Of a stretch of DNA of 64,000 nucleotides, positions 38,191-49,977 are shown piece after piece. The notes beneath the pieces were generated by a model, which saw nothing but the letters and a program-made list of their open reading frames with translations, was not told where the DNA came from and did not search any database. Made by a program: the position numbers and the translations under genes. Every line of letters begins with the position of its first letter. Position 1 is the first letter of the stretch. Location: assembly GCF_003918875.1 (NCBI RefSeq), contig NW_025767028.1, positions 930,001-994,000 on the forward strand, given 5' to 3'. This stretch comes from Haliotis rubra. Taxonomy: Eukaryota.

Positions 38191-38481
38191 TTACAAAAGG
38201 ATGATTCTTCATGGCGGTTTTACAGACATGCCACAAGGTATCAGATCAGTTCTACATAACTTCTAGCTTGTCGGGTTTTCGGTTACCCGCACGAAAAGTG
38301 CCGGAACCTCGTTCATCCGGACTCTTTATACATGGACCACGTTTATCCAGACATTACTGCTGATCGTGAAATCACTCAATAGCCACGATTTTTAATCATG
38401 ACACTTATTAATCTGGACGATATAGCCAGAGGGCTACTGTCCGCACTACGGGGTGTGAGTGTAGGAAGGTGTGGTACTTAC

Positions 38482-38532
38482 ATAACGCCGCGCCATGACA
38501 GTAGCAGTATGGCTTGGTGACCCAGTACTCGC
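38482..38532 (-). CDS. Membrane-protein gene exon (xEYWVTKPYCYCHGAAL)
   Basis: cttcctgcAG acceptor, GTAAGT donor, 51 nt, phase 1-1, open and in phase with the TM exon. Confidence 0.6.
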
Positions 38533-38579
38533 CTGCAGGAAGACAGGATGAACATAGTCAGTAAACAACACCTTAAAAC

Positions 38580-39136
38580 GGGAGACGGTGATTTCGTAGA
38601 CAAAACCAGTTCGTAGACGCGGTGAATTCGTAACCCAGACCGGTTCGTAGACGGTGATTTCGTAGACGTGTATAAATAATTGAATATATAGTGTATATTA
38701 AGTTTGATTTTTACTTACATGTTACTTAGAATGTTTATAACGAAGTTGTTATGCTTTGTTTTCAGTGATACTTCTCTGCTGGTCTGCATAGTTAAACGTT
38801 GAATGACGATACTTACCCAATACATATCTTTTAATTTTACACAACTGAATTTAATATATTAGCGGCCTATGATTTGTCGGAATTTGTGACATGGACCACT
38901 TTGAAGCATATTTTGTTATTTTATTATTTAAGGATATTTTCACCGCCGATCATACTTACCTGATATATTTTATTTATTTCACAAAATGCAAACACTTTTC
39001 GTCGATTTTCTTCATCATTGAGGTTGAACTATTCCCATTTTAATAACGTCTACGAATTCACCGCTCAATCCGTCTACGAATCCACCAGATTTCCACGTCT
39101 ACGAACCGGTTTTGGTTACGAATTCACCTACAGCCC
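38580..39136. mobile_element. MITE with internally repetitive TIRs (MULE/Merlin-like)
   Basis: TIRs built of ttcgtagac/gtctacgaa repeats, GG..CC ends, 8-9-bp TSD (C)CTTAAAAC. Confidence 0.7.
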
Positions 39137-39610
39137 CTTAAAACATCAGTAACTAAATATCTATTGTAAAATCAGCCTGCAGCAAATTGTTAAGGAGGTA
39201 GGGTTTATCTCGAGCTGTGTTTATTAGTTGTTTACTCTCGCAGTCATTAATATTCCAGCTGTATGACAATGATTTGTACTTTATTCAAATGGTTTGGTCA
39301 AAACACCGTCCAGCGTCATCTATACTCGACGAGGGGCACTCAGCCACCGACCACCCGACCAACTAATATTCCTTGCTAAGGGGTAACTGTTACAGTAGGC
39401 ACGGCTGGTGCAAGATTATGGCTTCCAAACTGTTGACAATCTCTCTCTCTCTCCCCTTCTGCTTGAATATTGCTACAGATAAGTGGCTTAGACCTATACT
39501 CACTCATATCGCAGAGATTAAGTGCTGAAAGTGAGTCCCGTCACAAATCAACCTCACTACCAGACTAAAACCATGCTATAAAGCATCGGCCGTGGTGTTC
39601 CTGAAATAGT

Positions 39611-39763
39611 GGGCAATGGGCTGGGTTAAAGCGTTCGCTCGTCACGCCGAAGACCCGGGTTCAATTCCCCACATGGGTACAATGTGTAAAACCCATTTCT
39701 GGTGTCCCCCGCCGTGATATTATTGGATCATTGCTAAAAACGGCGTAAAACTAAACTCACTCA
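39611..39763 (+). mobile_element. tRNA-derived SINE, family B
   Basis: B box, shared tail, TSD-like CCTGAAATAGTG. Confidence 0.8.
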
Positions 39764-39952
39764 CCTGAAATAGTGCTAGGGCGGCGTAAACTTTCACTTA
39801 CCCTTTTAAAGGTGAACGTCCATACAAACGCGTGATGAGCGAACTAAAGTCCTTAAGACGGAATCATGTTGCATAATAAACACGAAAAGCTGCTGTATTC
39901 AACAAGCACCACACCAACTTTTCATAATAATTTTCAAATAGATTATATTTAC

Positions 39953-39962
39953 CTCTCTTCAT
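39953..39962 (-). CDS. Candidate first coding exon (MKR/G) of the membrane-protein gene
   Basis: ATG AAG AGA G|GTAAAT; the phase-1 donor matches the next exon. Too short to be sure. Confidence 0.25.
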
Positions 39963-40485
39963 CTTCAGTGAATATCCACAGCGAAAGGTTCCAGCATTCA
40001 CGAAGAAATGAAATGCTCCTGTACGATGTACTTCGTTCACCAGTCCATCACACCCCAGCCTTAGGACATCACGACCAGATAATCATTAATTAATCTTGTA
40101 CTAACGACTTAAGTCTTGTCGGCACTGTCTTTGAACATCCCCGAACAAGACAAGCTACTTCTGTGATCGTGTCCTGCATTAATTTAACTACACGGATCCG
40201 CCCGGTTAATCCGGTTTGACGGGACTGCTCGGCTTTTAGGTGGACGACAATGGCGAAATGAAGCGGTAGATCTCTGTAACGTGTTGTATCAGGGGGCAGC
40301 GTGATGAACGTACATTAGTAGAACAGGGAATTATATCACAGGGTTAAGTGTGTGTTACATAGGATTGTATAATTCTACAGCTGACGCCTGTCCCGTATTC
40401 CGTGGGGTCGGGTACTAGAGGTAGTTATAACGGACAGACTGGCGCACCTGTCGTTGACGTTGTGGTTCGTCTTCCTTGATTGGCA

Positions 40486-40682
40486 TTCTAGAAGTTGAGG
40501 ACTGGGAACTATTTTTATGGATATACTAATGCTAATGATACTGTTTGTGCGCTTCGAGCATGCACTGTGCACGGAGAAATGTGCATGATAAATGGACTAT
40601 TGTTATTATTATTATATAAAACTTCTTCATCTGTATAGGCGACGTTTCGACATTGATTGCAATGTCTTTGTCAAGCAAGTGG
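40486..40682 (-). mobile_element. Penelope-like terminal repeat relic
   Basis: Variant hammerhead at 40639-40676 and the same cttcta(g)aatgccaatcaa end seen at 7107 and 55236. Confidence 0.6.
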
Positions 40683-40731
40683 CGATACCTCATATTACGT
40701 GGCACGTCCATGTCTGTCTCATTAGTTTCAT

Positions 40732-40977
40732 GACCCGTGAAGACCCGGGTTAGAATTGAACTTCATTAACCCATGCTTGTCGTAAAAGGCGACTAACGGG
40801 ATCCGTTGGTCAGGCTCGCTGACTTGGTTGACACATGTCATCGGTTCCCAATTGCGTAGATCGATGCTCATGCTGTTGATCACTGGTCTGCCTGTTCCAG
40901 ACACGATTATTTACAGACCGCAGCCTTAAAGCTGGGATATTGCTGAGTGCGGCGTAAAACTAAACTAACTCACTCTA
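40732..40977 (+). mobile_element. Retroposon family A, full length
   Basis: TSD TAGTTTCAT. Confidence 0.85.
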
Positions 40978-41549
40978 TAGTTTCATTATTAACTACTCGA
41001 GTGATATACAACTGAACCGGTTTTAACTCACTCTATAGTTTCATTATTAACTACTCGAGTGATATACAACTGAACCGGTTTTAACTCACTCTATAGTTTC
41101 ATTATTAACTACTCGAGTGATATACAACTGAACCGGTTTTAACTCACTCTATAGTTTCATTATTAACTACTCGAGTGATATACAACTGAACCGGTTTTAA
41201 CTCACTCTATAGTTTCATTATTAACTACTCGAGTGATATACAACTGAACCGGTTTTAACTCACTCTATAGTTTCATTATTAACTACTCGAGTGATATACA
41301 ACTGAACCGGTTTTAACTCACTCTATAGTTTCATTATTAACTACTCGAGTGATATACAACTGAACCGGTTTTAACTCACTCTATAGTTTCATTATTAACT
41401 ACTCGAGTGATATACAACTGAACCGGTTTTAACTCACTCTATAGTTTCATTATTAACTACTCGAGTGATATACAACTGAACCGGTTTTAACTCACTCTAT
41501 AGTTTCATTATTAACTACTCGAGTGATATACAACTGAACCGGTTTTAAC
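40967..41549. repeat. 58-bp tandem repeat, 10 identical copies
   Basis: aactcactctatagtttcattattaactactcgagtgatatacaactgaaccggtttt. Confidence 0.95.
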
Positions 41550-41861
41550 GAACTCCTGGCCATTCCGGACACGTCGGACATAATTCTTTTATGATCTGAC
41601 CTGGTCATCGGACAACAGGCACTGCTAACAGTCAACATCCGCCGTAGGTGGAGGCTATGACGTTGCAAGCAAGGAGGTTGTACCCAACTCAGCTGATCTG
41701 AAACTACTCGAATCAGTCTTGAAACGCTGAACATTCTTCCAAGTGTGACTTTTGAAGTCACTAAATATACTACTGTCGGGGACTGACTAGTGTTAATGCT
41801 ACTGTTGGTGTCCGCGTCATCACATGTGTCCACGTCATTGTAGGTGTCCTGGTCAGCGCCG

Positions 41862-42062
41862 GTGTCCACGCTCAAGGAATTTACCAGGACGTCGCTGGTG
41901 TCCCCGTTGTGTTGGTGTCCACGCAAAAGGAATTTACCAGGACGTCGCTGGTGTCCCCGTTGTGTTGGTGTCCACGCAAAAGGAATTTACCAGGACGTCG
42001 CTGGTGTCCCCGTTGTGTTGGTGTCCACGCAAAAGGAATTTACCAGGACGTCGCTGGTGTCC
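41862..42062. repeat. 53-bp tandem repeat, about 3.7 copies
   Basis: gtccacgcaaaaggaatttaccaggacgtcgctggtgtccccgttgtgttggt. Confidence 0.9.
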
Positions 42063-42280
42063 TTGCCTTGGGGTCCACGTCAACGCTGGTGTCTACGACA
42101 GCTCTTGTCTCCATGTGCCCGTTGGTGTCTACGTCAGCTCTAGTGTTCACGCCTCAGTTGGTGTCTACGTCTCAATTTCCATGGTAACTGGTATTTGTAT
42201 TCAGTGAAGATGTCGGATTAGAACTGTTTTTCAGCATCATATGGTTGCCGTCAGAGGCAACGAATTGTGGCCAGGCTCGC

Positions 42281-42534
42281 AGTGAGTGAGTGAATTTAGT
42301 TTTACTCATTTCTTTTCACTCAGCAATATTTCAGTTATATGATGGCGGTTTGTAAATAATGGAGTCCGGACCAGACAATCTTGTGATCAACATCATGATC
42401 ATCGATCTGCGCAATTGGGAACCGATGACATGTGTCAACCAAGCCAGCGAGCCTGACCACCTGATCCCGTTAGTCGCCTCTTACGACAAGCATGGGTTGC
42501 TGAAGGTTCATTCTAAGCCACACCTTCACGGGTT
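42281..42534 (-). mobile_element. Retroposon family A nested in an older opposite-strand family A copy
   Basis: Homology; the flanks 42200-42280 and 42535-42660 continue a degenerate copy. Confidence 0.75.
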
Positions 42535-42708
42535 CTAGGTTGATGCATTTCATCATATGGGTAGATCGGTGCAGTGTGACGTCAGTGACTGGTTTGTTTT
42601 GTGCAGTACGGACATTAACAGAGCGCCATCATGTAGTTGGAATATTGGTGAGTACAGCATTAAACAACGACCGGTGTAAGTATCCATGAGCTGCCTGTAT
42701 TTGCGTAC

Positions 42709-43135
42709 CGCCTCCGTGGTGTAGTGGTTAGAGCGTCCGCCCTGAAAGCGGAAAGTCGTGGGTTCGATCCACGGCCGCGTCATACAAAAAGACGTTAAAA
42801 TATGGTACTTGTTGGTCCCTACTGACGCTCTGCGTTAATGGGTACAACAAGGACTGGTGGTCTTGGAGTCGCCCGCCGTGATGTTACTGGAATATTGCTA
42901 AAAGCGGCGTAAAACCATACTCAGTCAGTCGTCTTGGAGTCAGTATAATGTTTTCTGAGTGGAGTATTCATGCTTAACTGGGGCATGGTATCTCAATGAG
43001 CTAGCACTATAAAACCAGCTTAAGTCTGGGCTAGTACATACAGCCATACGTACACACGCATGCACGTCGTCATATGAGCGAAATATTAAGTACGACGTTA
43101 AACCCCATTTCACTTCACCTCACCTTACCTCACCT
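42709..43135 (+). mobile_element. tRNA-derived SINE family C (Meta-domain-like) with a nested truncated family B tail
   Basis: tRNA head, gtcatac.aaagac.ttaaaa.atggtac body; nested piece 42871-42930 with TSD GTCTTGGAGTC. Confidence 0.65.
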
Positions 43136-43423
43136 GTATTTCGGTTGGCGACAGAATACTGTCAGAATAATTTCTTTGAAAGAAAGTTCTAAATATTTTT
43201 CAAACCGACAAAAACATCATTTTCACGAACGCCCACCTACACTGATCTGTAATCTAAATAAAAATGATCACACGTGTACTATGCCTATCTTAACTGTGGC
43301 GATTGAGGTAGTTATAATCTAAGAAAAAATAATCACCACTGCTCATAACAGTATATTTATTACAAATTACAAATCACTACCATCTGCAATGAGAACAATG
43401 GCTACTCTGGTCGCAATCTCCTG

Positions 43424-45531
43424 AAACAGTCATTGTTGTATGACGTGTACACTGTAATGTAAAACATACATTGTTGTATGACGTGTACACTGTAATGTAA
43501 ACAGTCATTGTTGTATGACGTGTACACTGTAATGTAAACAGTCATTGTTGTATGACGTGTACACTGTAATGTAAAACATACATTGTTGTATGACGTGTAC
43601 ACTGTAATGTAAAACATACATTGTTGTATGACGTGTACACTGTAATGTAAAACATACATTGTTGTATGACGTGTACACTGTAATGTACACATTCATTGTT
43701 GTATGACTTGTACACTGTAATGTAAACATTCATTGTTGTATGACGTGTACACTGTAATGTAAAACATACATTGTTGTATGACGTGTACACTGTAATGTAA
43801 AACATACATTGTTGTATGACGTGTACACTGTAATGTAAACAGTAATTGTTGTATGACGTGTACACTGTAATGTAAAACATACATTGTTGTATGACGTGTA
43901 CACTGTAATGTAAACAGTCATTGTTGTATGACGTGTACACTGTAATGTAAAACATACATTGTTGTATGACGTGTACACTGTAATGTAAAACATACATTGT
44001 TGTATGACGTGTACTCTGTAATGTAAAACATACATTGTTGTATGACGTGTACACTGTAATGTAAAACATACATTGTTGTATGACGTGTACACTGTAATGT
44101 ACACATTCATTGTTGTATGACTTGTACACTGTAATGTAAACATTCATTGTTGTATGACGTGTACACTGTAATGTAAAACATACATTGTTGTATGACGTGT
44201 ACACTGTAATGTAAAACATACATTGTTGTATGACGTGTACACTGTAATGTAAACAGTCATTGTTGTATGACGTGTACACTGTAATGTAAAACATACATTG
44301 TTGTATGACGTGTACACTGTAATGTAAAACATACATTGTTGTATGACGTGTACACTGTAATGTAAAACATACATTGTTGTATGACGTGTACACTGTAATG
44401 TAAAACATACATTGTTGTATGACGTGTACACTGTAATGTAAAACATACATTGTTGTATGACGTGTACACTGTAATGTAAACATTCATTGTTGTATGACTT
44501 GTACACTGTAATGTAAAACATACATTGTTGTATGACGTGTACACAGTAATGTAAAACATTCATTCTTGTATGACGTGTACACAGTAATGTTAAACATTCA
44601 TTCTTGTATGACGTGTACACAGTAATGTTAAACATTCATTGTTGTATGACGTGTACACTGTAATGTAAACATTCATTCTTGTATGACGTGTACACAGTAA
44701 TGTTAAACATTCATTCTTGTATGACGTGTACACAGTAATGTTAAACATTCATTGTTGTATGACGTGTACACTGTAATGTAAACATTCATTCTTGTATGAC
44801 GTGTACACAGTAATGTTAAACATTCATTCTTGTATGACGTGTACACAGTAATGTTAAACATTCATTGTTGTATGACGTGTACACTGTAATGTAAACATTC
44901 ATTCTTGTATGACGTGTACACAGTAATGTTAAACATTCATTCTTGTATGACGTGTACACAGTAATGTTAAACATTCATTGTTGTATGACGTGTACACTGT
45001 AATGTAAACATTCATTCTTGTATGACGTGTACACAGTAATGTTAAACATTCATTCTTGTATGACGTGTACACAGTAATGTTAAACATTCATTGTTGTATG
45101 GCGTGTACACAGTAATGTTAAACATTCATTGTTGTATGACGTGTACACTGTAATGTAAGCATTCATTGTTGTATGACGTGTACACTGTAATGTAAAACAT
45201 TCATTGTTGTATGACGTGTACACTGTAATGTAAACATTCATTGTTGTATGACGTGTACACTGTAATGTAAACATTCATTGTTGTATAACGTGTACACTGT
45301 AATGTTAAACATTCATTGTTGTATGACGTGTACACTGTAATGTTAAACATTCATTGTTGTATGACGTGTACACAGTAATGTTAAACATTCATTGTTGTAT
45401 GACATGTACACTGTAATGTAAACATTCATTGTTGTATGACGTGTACACTGTAATGTAAAACATACATTGTTGTATGACGTGTACACTGCAATGTAAAACA
45501 GTCATTGTTGTATGACATGTACACTGTAATG
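43424..45531. repeat. 37-38-bp minisatellite
   Basis: cattgttgtatgacgtgtacactgtaatgtaaaacata. Confidence 0.95.
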
Positions 45532-46695
45532 TCTCACGATACCTGAACCATATCATAAGGATAAACACCTTCGCTCTAGTGACCTAGCCTGTCTCACGGT
45601 ACCTGAACTATATCATAAGGATAAACACCTTGGCTCTAGTGACCTAGCCTGTCTCACGGTAACCAGAACCATATCATAAGGATAAACGCCTTGGCTCTAT
45701 TGACCTAGCCTGTCTCACGGTACCTGAACCATATCATAAGGATAAACACCTTGGCTCTATTGACCTAGCCTGTCTCACGGTACCTGAACCATATCATAAG
45801 GATAAACACCTTGGCTCTAGTGACCTAGCCTGTGTCATGGTACCTGAACCATATCATAAGGATAAACAACTTGGCTCTAGTGACCTAGCCTGTCTCACGG
45901 TAACCAGAACCATATCATAAGGATGAACGCCTTGGCTCTATTGACCTAGCCTGTCTCACGGTACCTGAACCATATCATAAGGATAAATACCTTGGCTCTA
46001 GTGACCTAGCCTGTCTCACGGTACCTGAACCATATCATAAGGATAAACACCTTGGTTCCAGTGACCTAGCCTGTCTCACGGTACCTTAACCATATCATAA
46101 GGATACACACCTTGGATCTAGTGACCTGGTCTGTTTCACCGTACCTGAACGATATCATAAGGATAAACGCCTTGGCTCTATTGACCTAGTTCGTCTCACG
46201 GTACCTGAACCATATCATAAGGATAAACAGCTTGGACTCTAGTGACCTAGCCTGTCTCACGGCACCTGAACCATATCATAAGGATACACGCCTTGGCTCT
46301 ATTGACCTAGTTCGTCTCACGGTACCTGAACCATATTATAAGGATAAACAGCTTGGCCCTATTGACCTAGCCTGTCTCCCGGTACCTGAACCATATCATA
46401 AGGATAAACGCCTTGGCTCTATTGACCTAGTCTGTCTCACGGTACCTGAAGTATATCATAAGGATAAATACCTTGGCTCTATTGACCTAGCCTGTCTCAC
46501 GGTACCTGAACCATATCATAAGGATACACACCTTGGCTCTATTGACCTAGCCTGTCTCACGGCACCTGAACCATATCATAAGGATAAACACCTTGGCTCT
46601 ATTGACCTAGTCTTTCTCACGGTACCTGAACCATATCATAAGGATAAACACCTTGGCTCTATTGACCTAATCTGTCTCACGGTACCTGAACCATA
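45530..46695. repeat. 60-bp minisatellite, about 19 copies
   Basis: tgtctcacggtacctgaaccatatcataaggataaacaccttggctcta[gt]tgacctagcc. Confidence 0.95.
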
Positions 46696-46914
46696 GGTTT
46701 ATAAACTAGTCATATTTCCTTCTACAAAGACCGTTAAGTAGTGAAAAGGACCAATTTGGGGAAACAATACCAAAATTGTATATGTTCAGAGACTAAGCGA
46801 ACTGGCTTCGTTTTGGGAATTAACACCCTCGTCGCTGCAGGCTCTTGCTGAGCACAGAGTTTCCCCAGAGTTAAAATAATATTTATTGATTCCCAGTGTA
46901 TTTTGCAGGAAGTT

Positions 46915-47156
46915 AGTTGGTTGTATTCTTTAACGCCGCACTCAGCAATGTCTCAGCTATATGGCGGCGGTCTATCAACAACAGAGTCTTGACCAGATAA
47001 TCCAGTGATCAACAGCATGAGCATCGGTCTACGCAAATGGGATACGATGACATGTGCCAACCACGTCAGTGAGCCTGACCAACGGATCGCGTTCGTCTCC
47101 TCTTACGACAAGCATGGGTTGCTGAAGACCAGTTCCATCCAGGACCTTCACGGGTC
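46915..47156 (-). mobile_element. Retroposon family A
   Basis: Homologous to the other copies. Confidence 0.8.
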
Positions 47157-47977
47157 TTGAAGGACGAATGATGGGGCTCAGGCTGTTGTGAATTGGTCCA
47201 CGGAACCTGCTTTTACAGAACCGGGTCCTAGTACACTATATAGACTAAATAGACTAGACAACCCCTGATTACCAGAAGGACAACATTGATAGGCAACAAG
47301 CAAAGCATTTGAAAACAATTCGCAAAAAATCCCTGAAGTTTTATTCAAATTACGGCAGTGGTTTAGCATTGTGGTTACAGCGTTCGCTTGTCTCGCCAGA
47401 AACTCACTAACTCTAACACATCTAAGTAATGACTGATAACACATGACACACATTCCACGACAACACTGAGGTAATGTGCATAATTTCTAAAGCTGGATAT
47501 TTTTAACACCGCGCTCAGTAATATTTATGGGTGATTGTGAATAATCTACCCTGACAATCCGATTGTCTAGAGCTCATTATGTACAGACAGTCGCCGTATG
47601 GCTCGGATACTGTTATGGGATGTAATATTACAAAGCTGGGTTAACAATCATGGCTACATGGGTACACTTTACATGTCTTGCAAATGAAAACATAAACATA
47701 AACCAAGGCATCTCGTGATGTACTGAGCACTGACCTATCGGGCCGTCCAGTAATGTTTTACTAAAAACGTTTTTGTGTCAACCCGTGATAATAACCTGAC
47801 AAGACATATATACTCACTTACCACCTAACGACGAATCATTGTTGTAGGTGTTCAATATTCAAAACTTACGGATCAGACCATTTGAATTTCCGGCGTCATA
47901 TGTATTGTGGTCTGTCCCTATCTTACAAAACCTTATAACTTCACAAAACAACGAATCTACACAGATAGTATAACACA

Positions 47978-48808
47978 CTAAAGTTCCTTTGTGTCACGTG
48001 ATCTAAATGAAAGCCCGTCGCCAGGCAACTTGGACGGTATCCATGGCGCAAACCACACCAAATACCAGTTCTTGCCTAAGGCTTCGACAAGATTATGTTT
48101 TAGTCCTAGATTATAAGTGGAAATATTTTTCTTCCGTTCGTGCATCGTTTGTCCTTTGAATATCTGTATCACCTGGTTAATGAAGAGCCAGGCGAAACAA
48201 TACGTGACGAGGAAGCCGACAGATGTCACGGAGGTAATGAATGACACGTACAAGCTTTCAAACCCAAACATGAATCCGACATGTGGAGCACAAAATGAAA
48301 TGAGTCGCCAAAATGAAATTCCTCCTTTCACTTCGAGCACGAAGGACAGGTTGAAAATATTTCCATAGATCCCTGCTATCATCATATACGTTACCATGAC
48401 AACGTAGTATCGGTAGTTATGGTAACCGATACAGTATCCAGAGAAAAAGCAGTGGTGGTCGCGTTTTAAGACACAGACGTTGCACAACTTGCAGTGATGA
48501 GATCTCGGGGGGTAGTTACAGACGCACACGTCACAGTAGCGCCACCCTTTGGGGGCGGGGCCGGTTGGCATGATGAGGCCCGACCCGCTGATGTCCGTTG
48601 TAGCAAGCATGAGCATGTTTCCATATATACTGGAAGAAAACACAGCCGCAAGTACACAGTGCACGTAAGCTGCAGTCGTCCATTCCGGGTAGAACGTCGG
48701 CAGGACGTGGAAGACCTCGTACCACAACGCAAACACTCCGCCGAAAGTAAACACACCCAGCGCGACTTGATCCCCACGCCTGGTCGGTAGTTTCCATCGC
48801 CTGACCAT
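47978..48808 (-). CDS. ZDHHC24: DHHC palmitoyltransferase, ZDHHC24-like, single coding exon, 276 aa
   Basis: Intact DHHC-CRD (CDVC..PPRSHHCKLCNVCVLKRDHHCFFSGYCIGYHNYRYY), hydrophobic TM segments, QTMHE (TTxE-like) and YNLG..HN motifs. First ATG is at 48808 (the track start is a TTG). Subfamily assigned by recognition, not by search. Confidence 0.9.
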   Translation of the reverse strand: MVRRWKLPTRRGDQVALGVFTFGGVFALWYEVFHVLPTFYPEWTTAAYVHCVLAAVFSSSIYGNMLMLATTDISGSGLIMPTGPAPKGWRYCDVCVCNYPPRSHHCKLCNVCVLKRDHHCFFSGYCIGYHNYRYYVVMVTYMMIAGIYGNIFNLSFVLEVKGGISFWRLISFCAPHVGFMFGFESLYVSFITSVTSVGFLVTYCFAWLFINQVIQIFKGQTMHERKKNISTYNLGLKHNLVEALGKNWYLVWFAPWIPSKLPGDGLSFRSRDTKEL

Positions 48809-48899
48809 GATCGACAACTGTTATCGGCCTGTTGGTTACACTCACGCTAGTCTAAGGCATAAACGTTACTTCGGTCAGCTAAAAATGTCACCAGTTTGG

Positions 48900-49035
48900 T
48901 AAAGATCGGTCTGGACACGAACACGCGCGTGTAAACAAGTCGCTGTAACCTGGCTTCCGGGTAGCGGTTATGTCCCTTTCCTTTGCTGAATAATAGAGTA
49001 GCCTCCCTTTGAAAACTGTCGAAGCGGAAGTAAAA
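48900..49035 (-). promoter_or_regulatory. Probable TATA-less promoter of the ZDHHC gene
   Basis: CpG-rich stretch just upstream of the ATG with ETS-type sites CTTCCGG (~48954) and GCGGAAGT (~49024). Confidence 0.4.
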
Positions 49036-49281
49036 TGTAAATTATCACGAAGTTATTAAATTCGCAAACGAGAAGCTACATACGTTGGTCAATCATACCC
49101 TATCATAAACCAGTTGATAACCAGCACAGATTAACTGGGATTTCAGCTTACGTTCATTTTAATGACAGTTATTCTTTTAAGCAAAAAAACAAAGCGCATA
49201 CTTTCATATCGTGCTTCACAGGTTAGGGGCATGTAATTTTAGTACATCTACTTAAATGATTACACACGGACTATATACAGC

Positions 49282-49473
49282 TAGTCTGTCTCACAGTCCC
49301 TGAACCACATTATTTTCCCTACTGCCTAGCCCCCTCTGCAATATTAAAGCCCCAAATAAAGCAAGTCTAGATTTCCTCAGGTTCAGGTTCTGAATATCTG
49401 GTCTCCCTGGGGCTCCTTTTCAATATAAATTGGCTTGTTTGTTACTATCAAAATTATATATATTCAGAGACTA
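49282..49473 (+). mobile_element. Internally deleted copy of the TAGTCT..AGACTA element
   Basis: Short TIRs, AGC on both sides, homology to 15006-15638. Confidence 0.55.
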
Positions 49474-49977
49474 AGCCTTAGTCTAATATGCAACCTGTAC
49501 TCTATCTTAAGCCAAATACTGGCTACATGGCGCGGTACCAGGGGGCAAGCAATGGTTCCGCCAAACAATGTTCAGGGTAGATCCCTCAGTGTCACCTGTA
49601 TCCACACGTGGGAGGGGGTAGTGGTGCATGGAAACCCGTCGCTGTCTCAAGCTGGGTTCGAACTCGATCCCAAGATTCGTACTGAGCTAAATCTTAATTT
49701 ATCTTGATCTTAACAGGTAACAGTGGGAATGTTACAATAGTTTTTCATACTACTTTTCTTTGTGTGCATTGCATATTTGATGACAAGGTACGTGCTTTTC
49801 GCTGTGTCCTATATGCTTTCGGGGTTTTTTCAGTAAAATCCTTTCCCAACGCATCTAAACCCCGCTGCATGCAAAAAAAAAGAGAGAAAAAAGACACATT
49901 CGCCTTGACATTCGAACAAAAAGCCCAATGTAAATTGTCAGGAAAAGTAGGTCCCCGTGTTGTTGATCAATGTATTG

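Noticed and set aside
42709-42782. tRNA gene (also the family B heads)
   Set aside because: The acceptor stem does not pair and the sequence continues into SINE body and tail.
43424-45531. Resemblance between the 37-bp monomer (reverse strand) and the 59-bp monomer
   Set aside because: Limited to low-complexity gtacac/catacaac words and could be chance.
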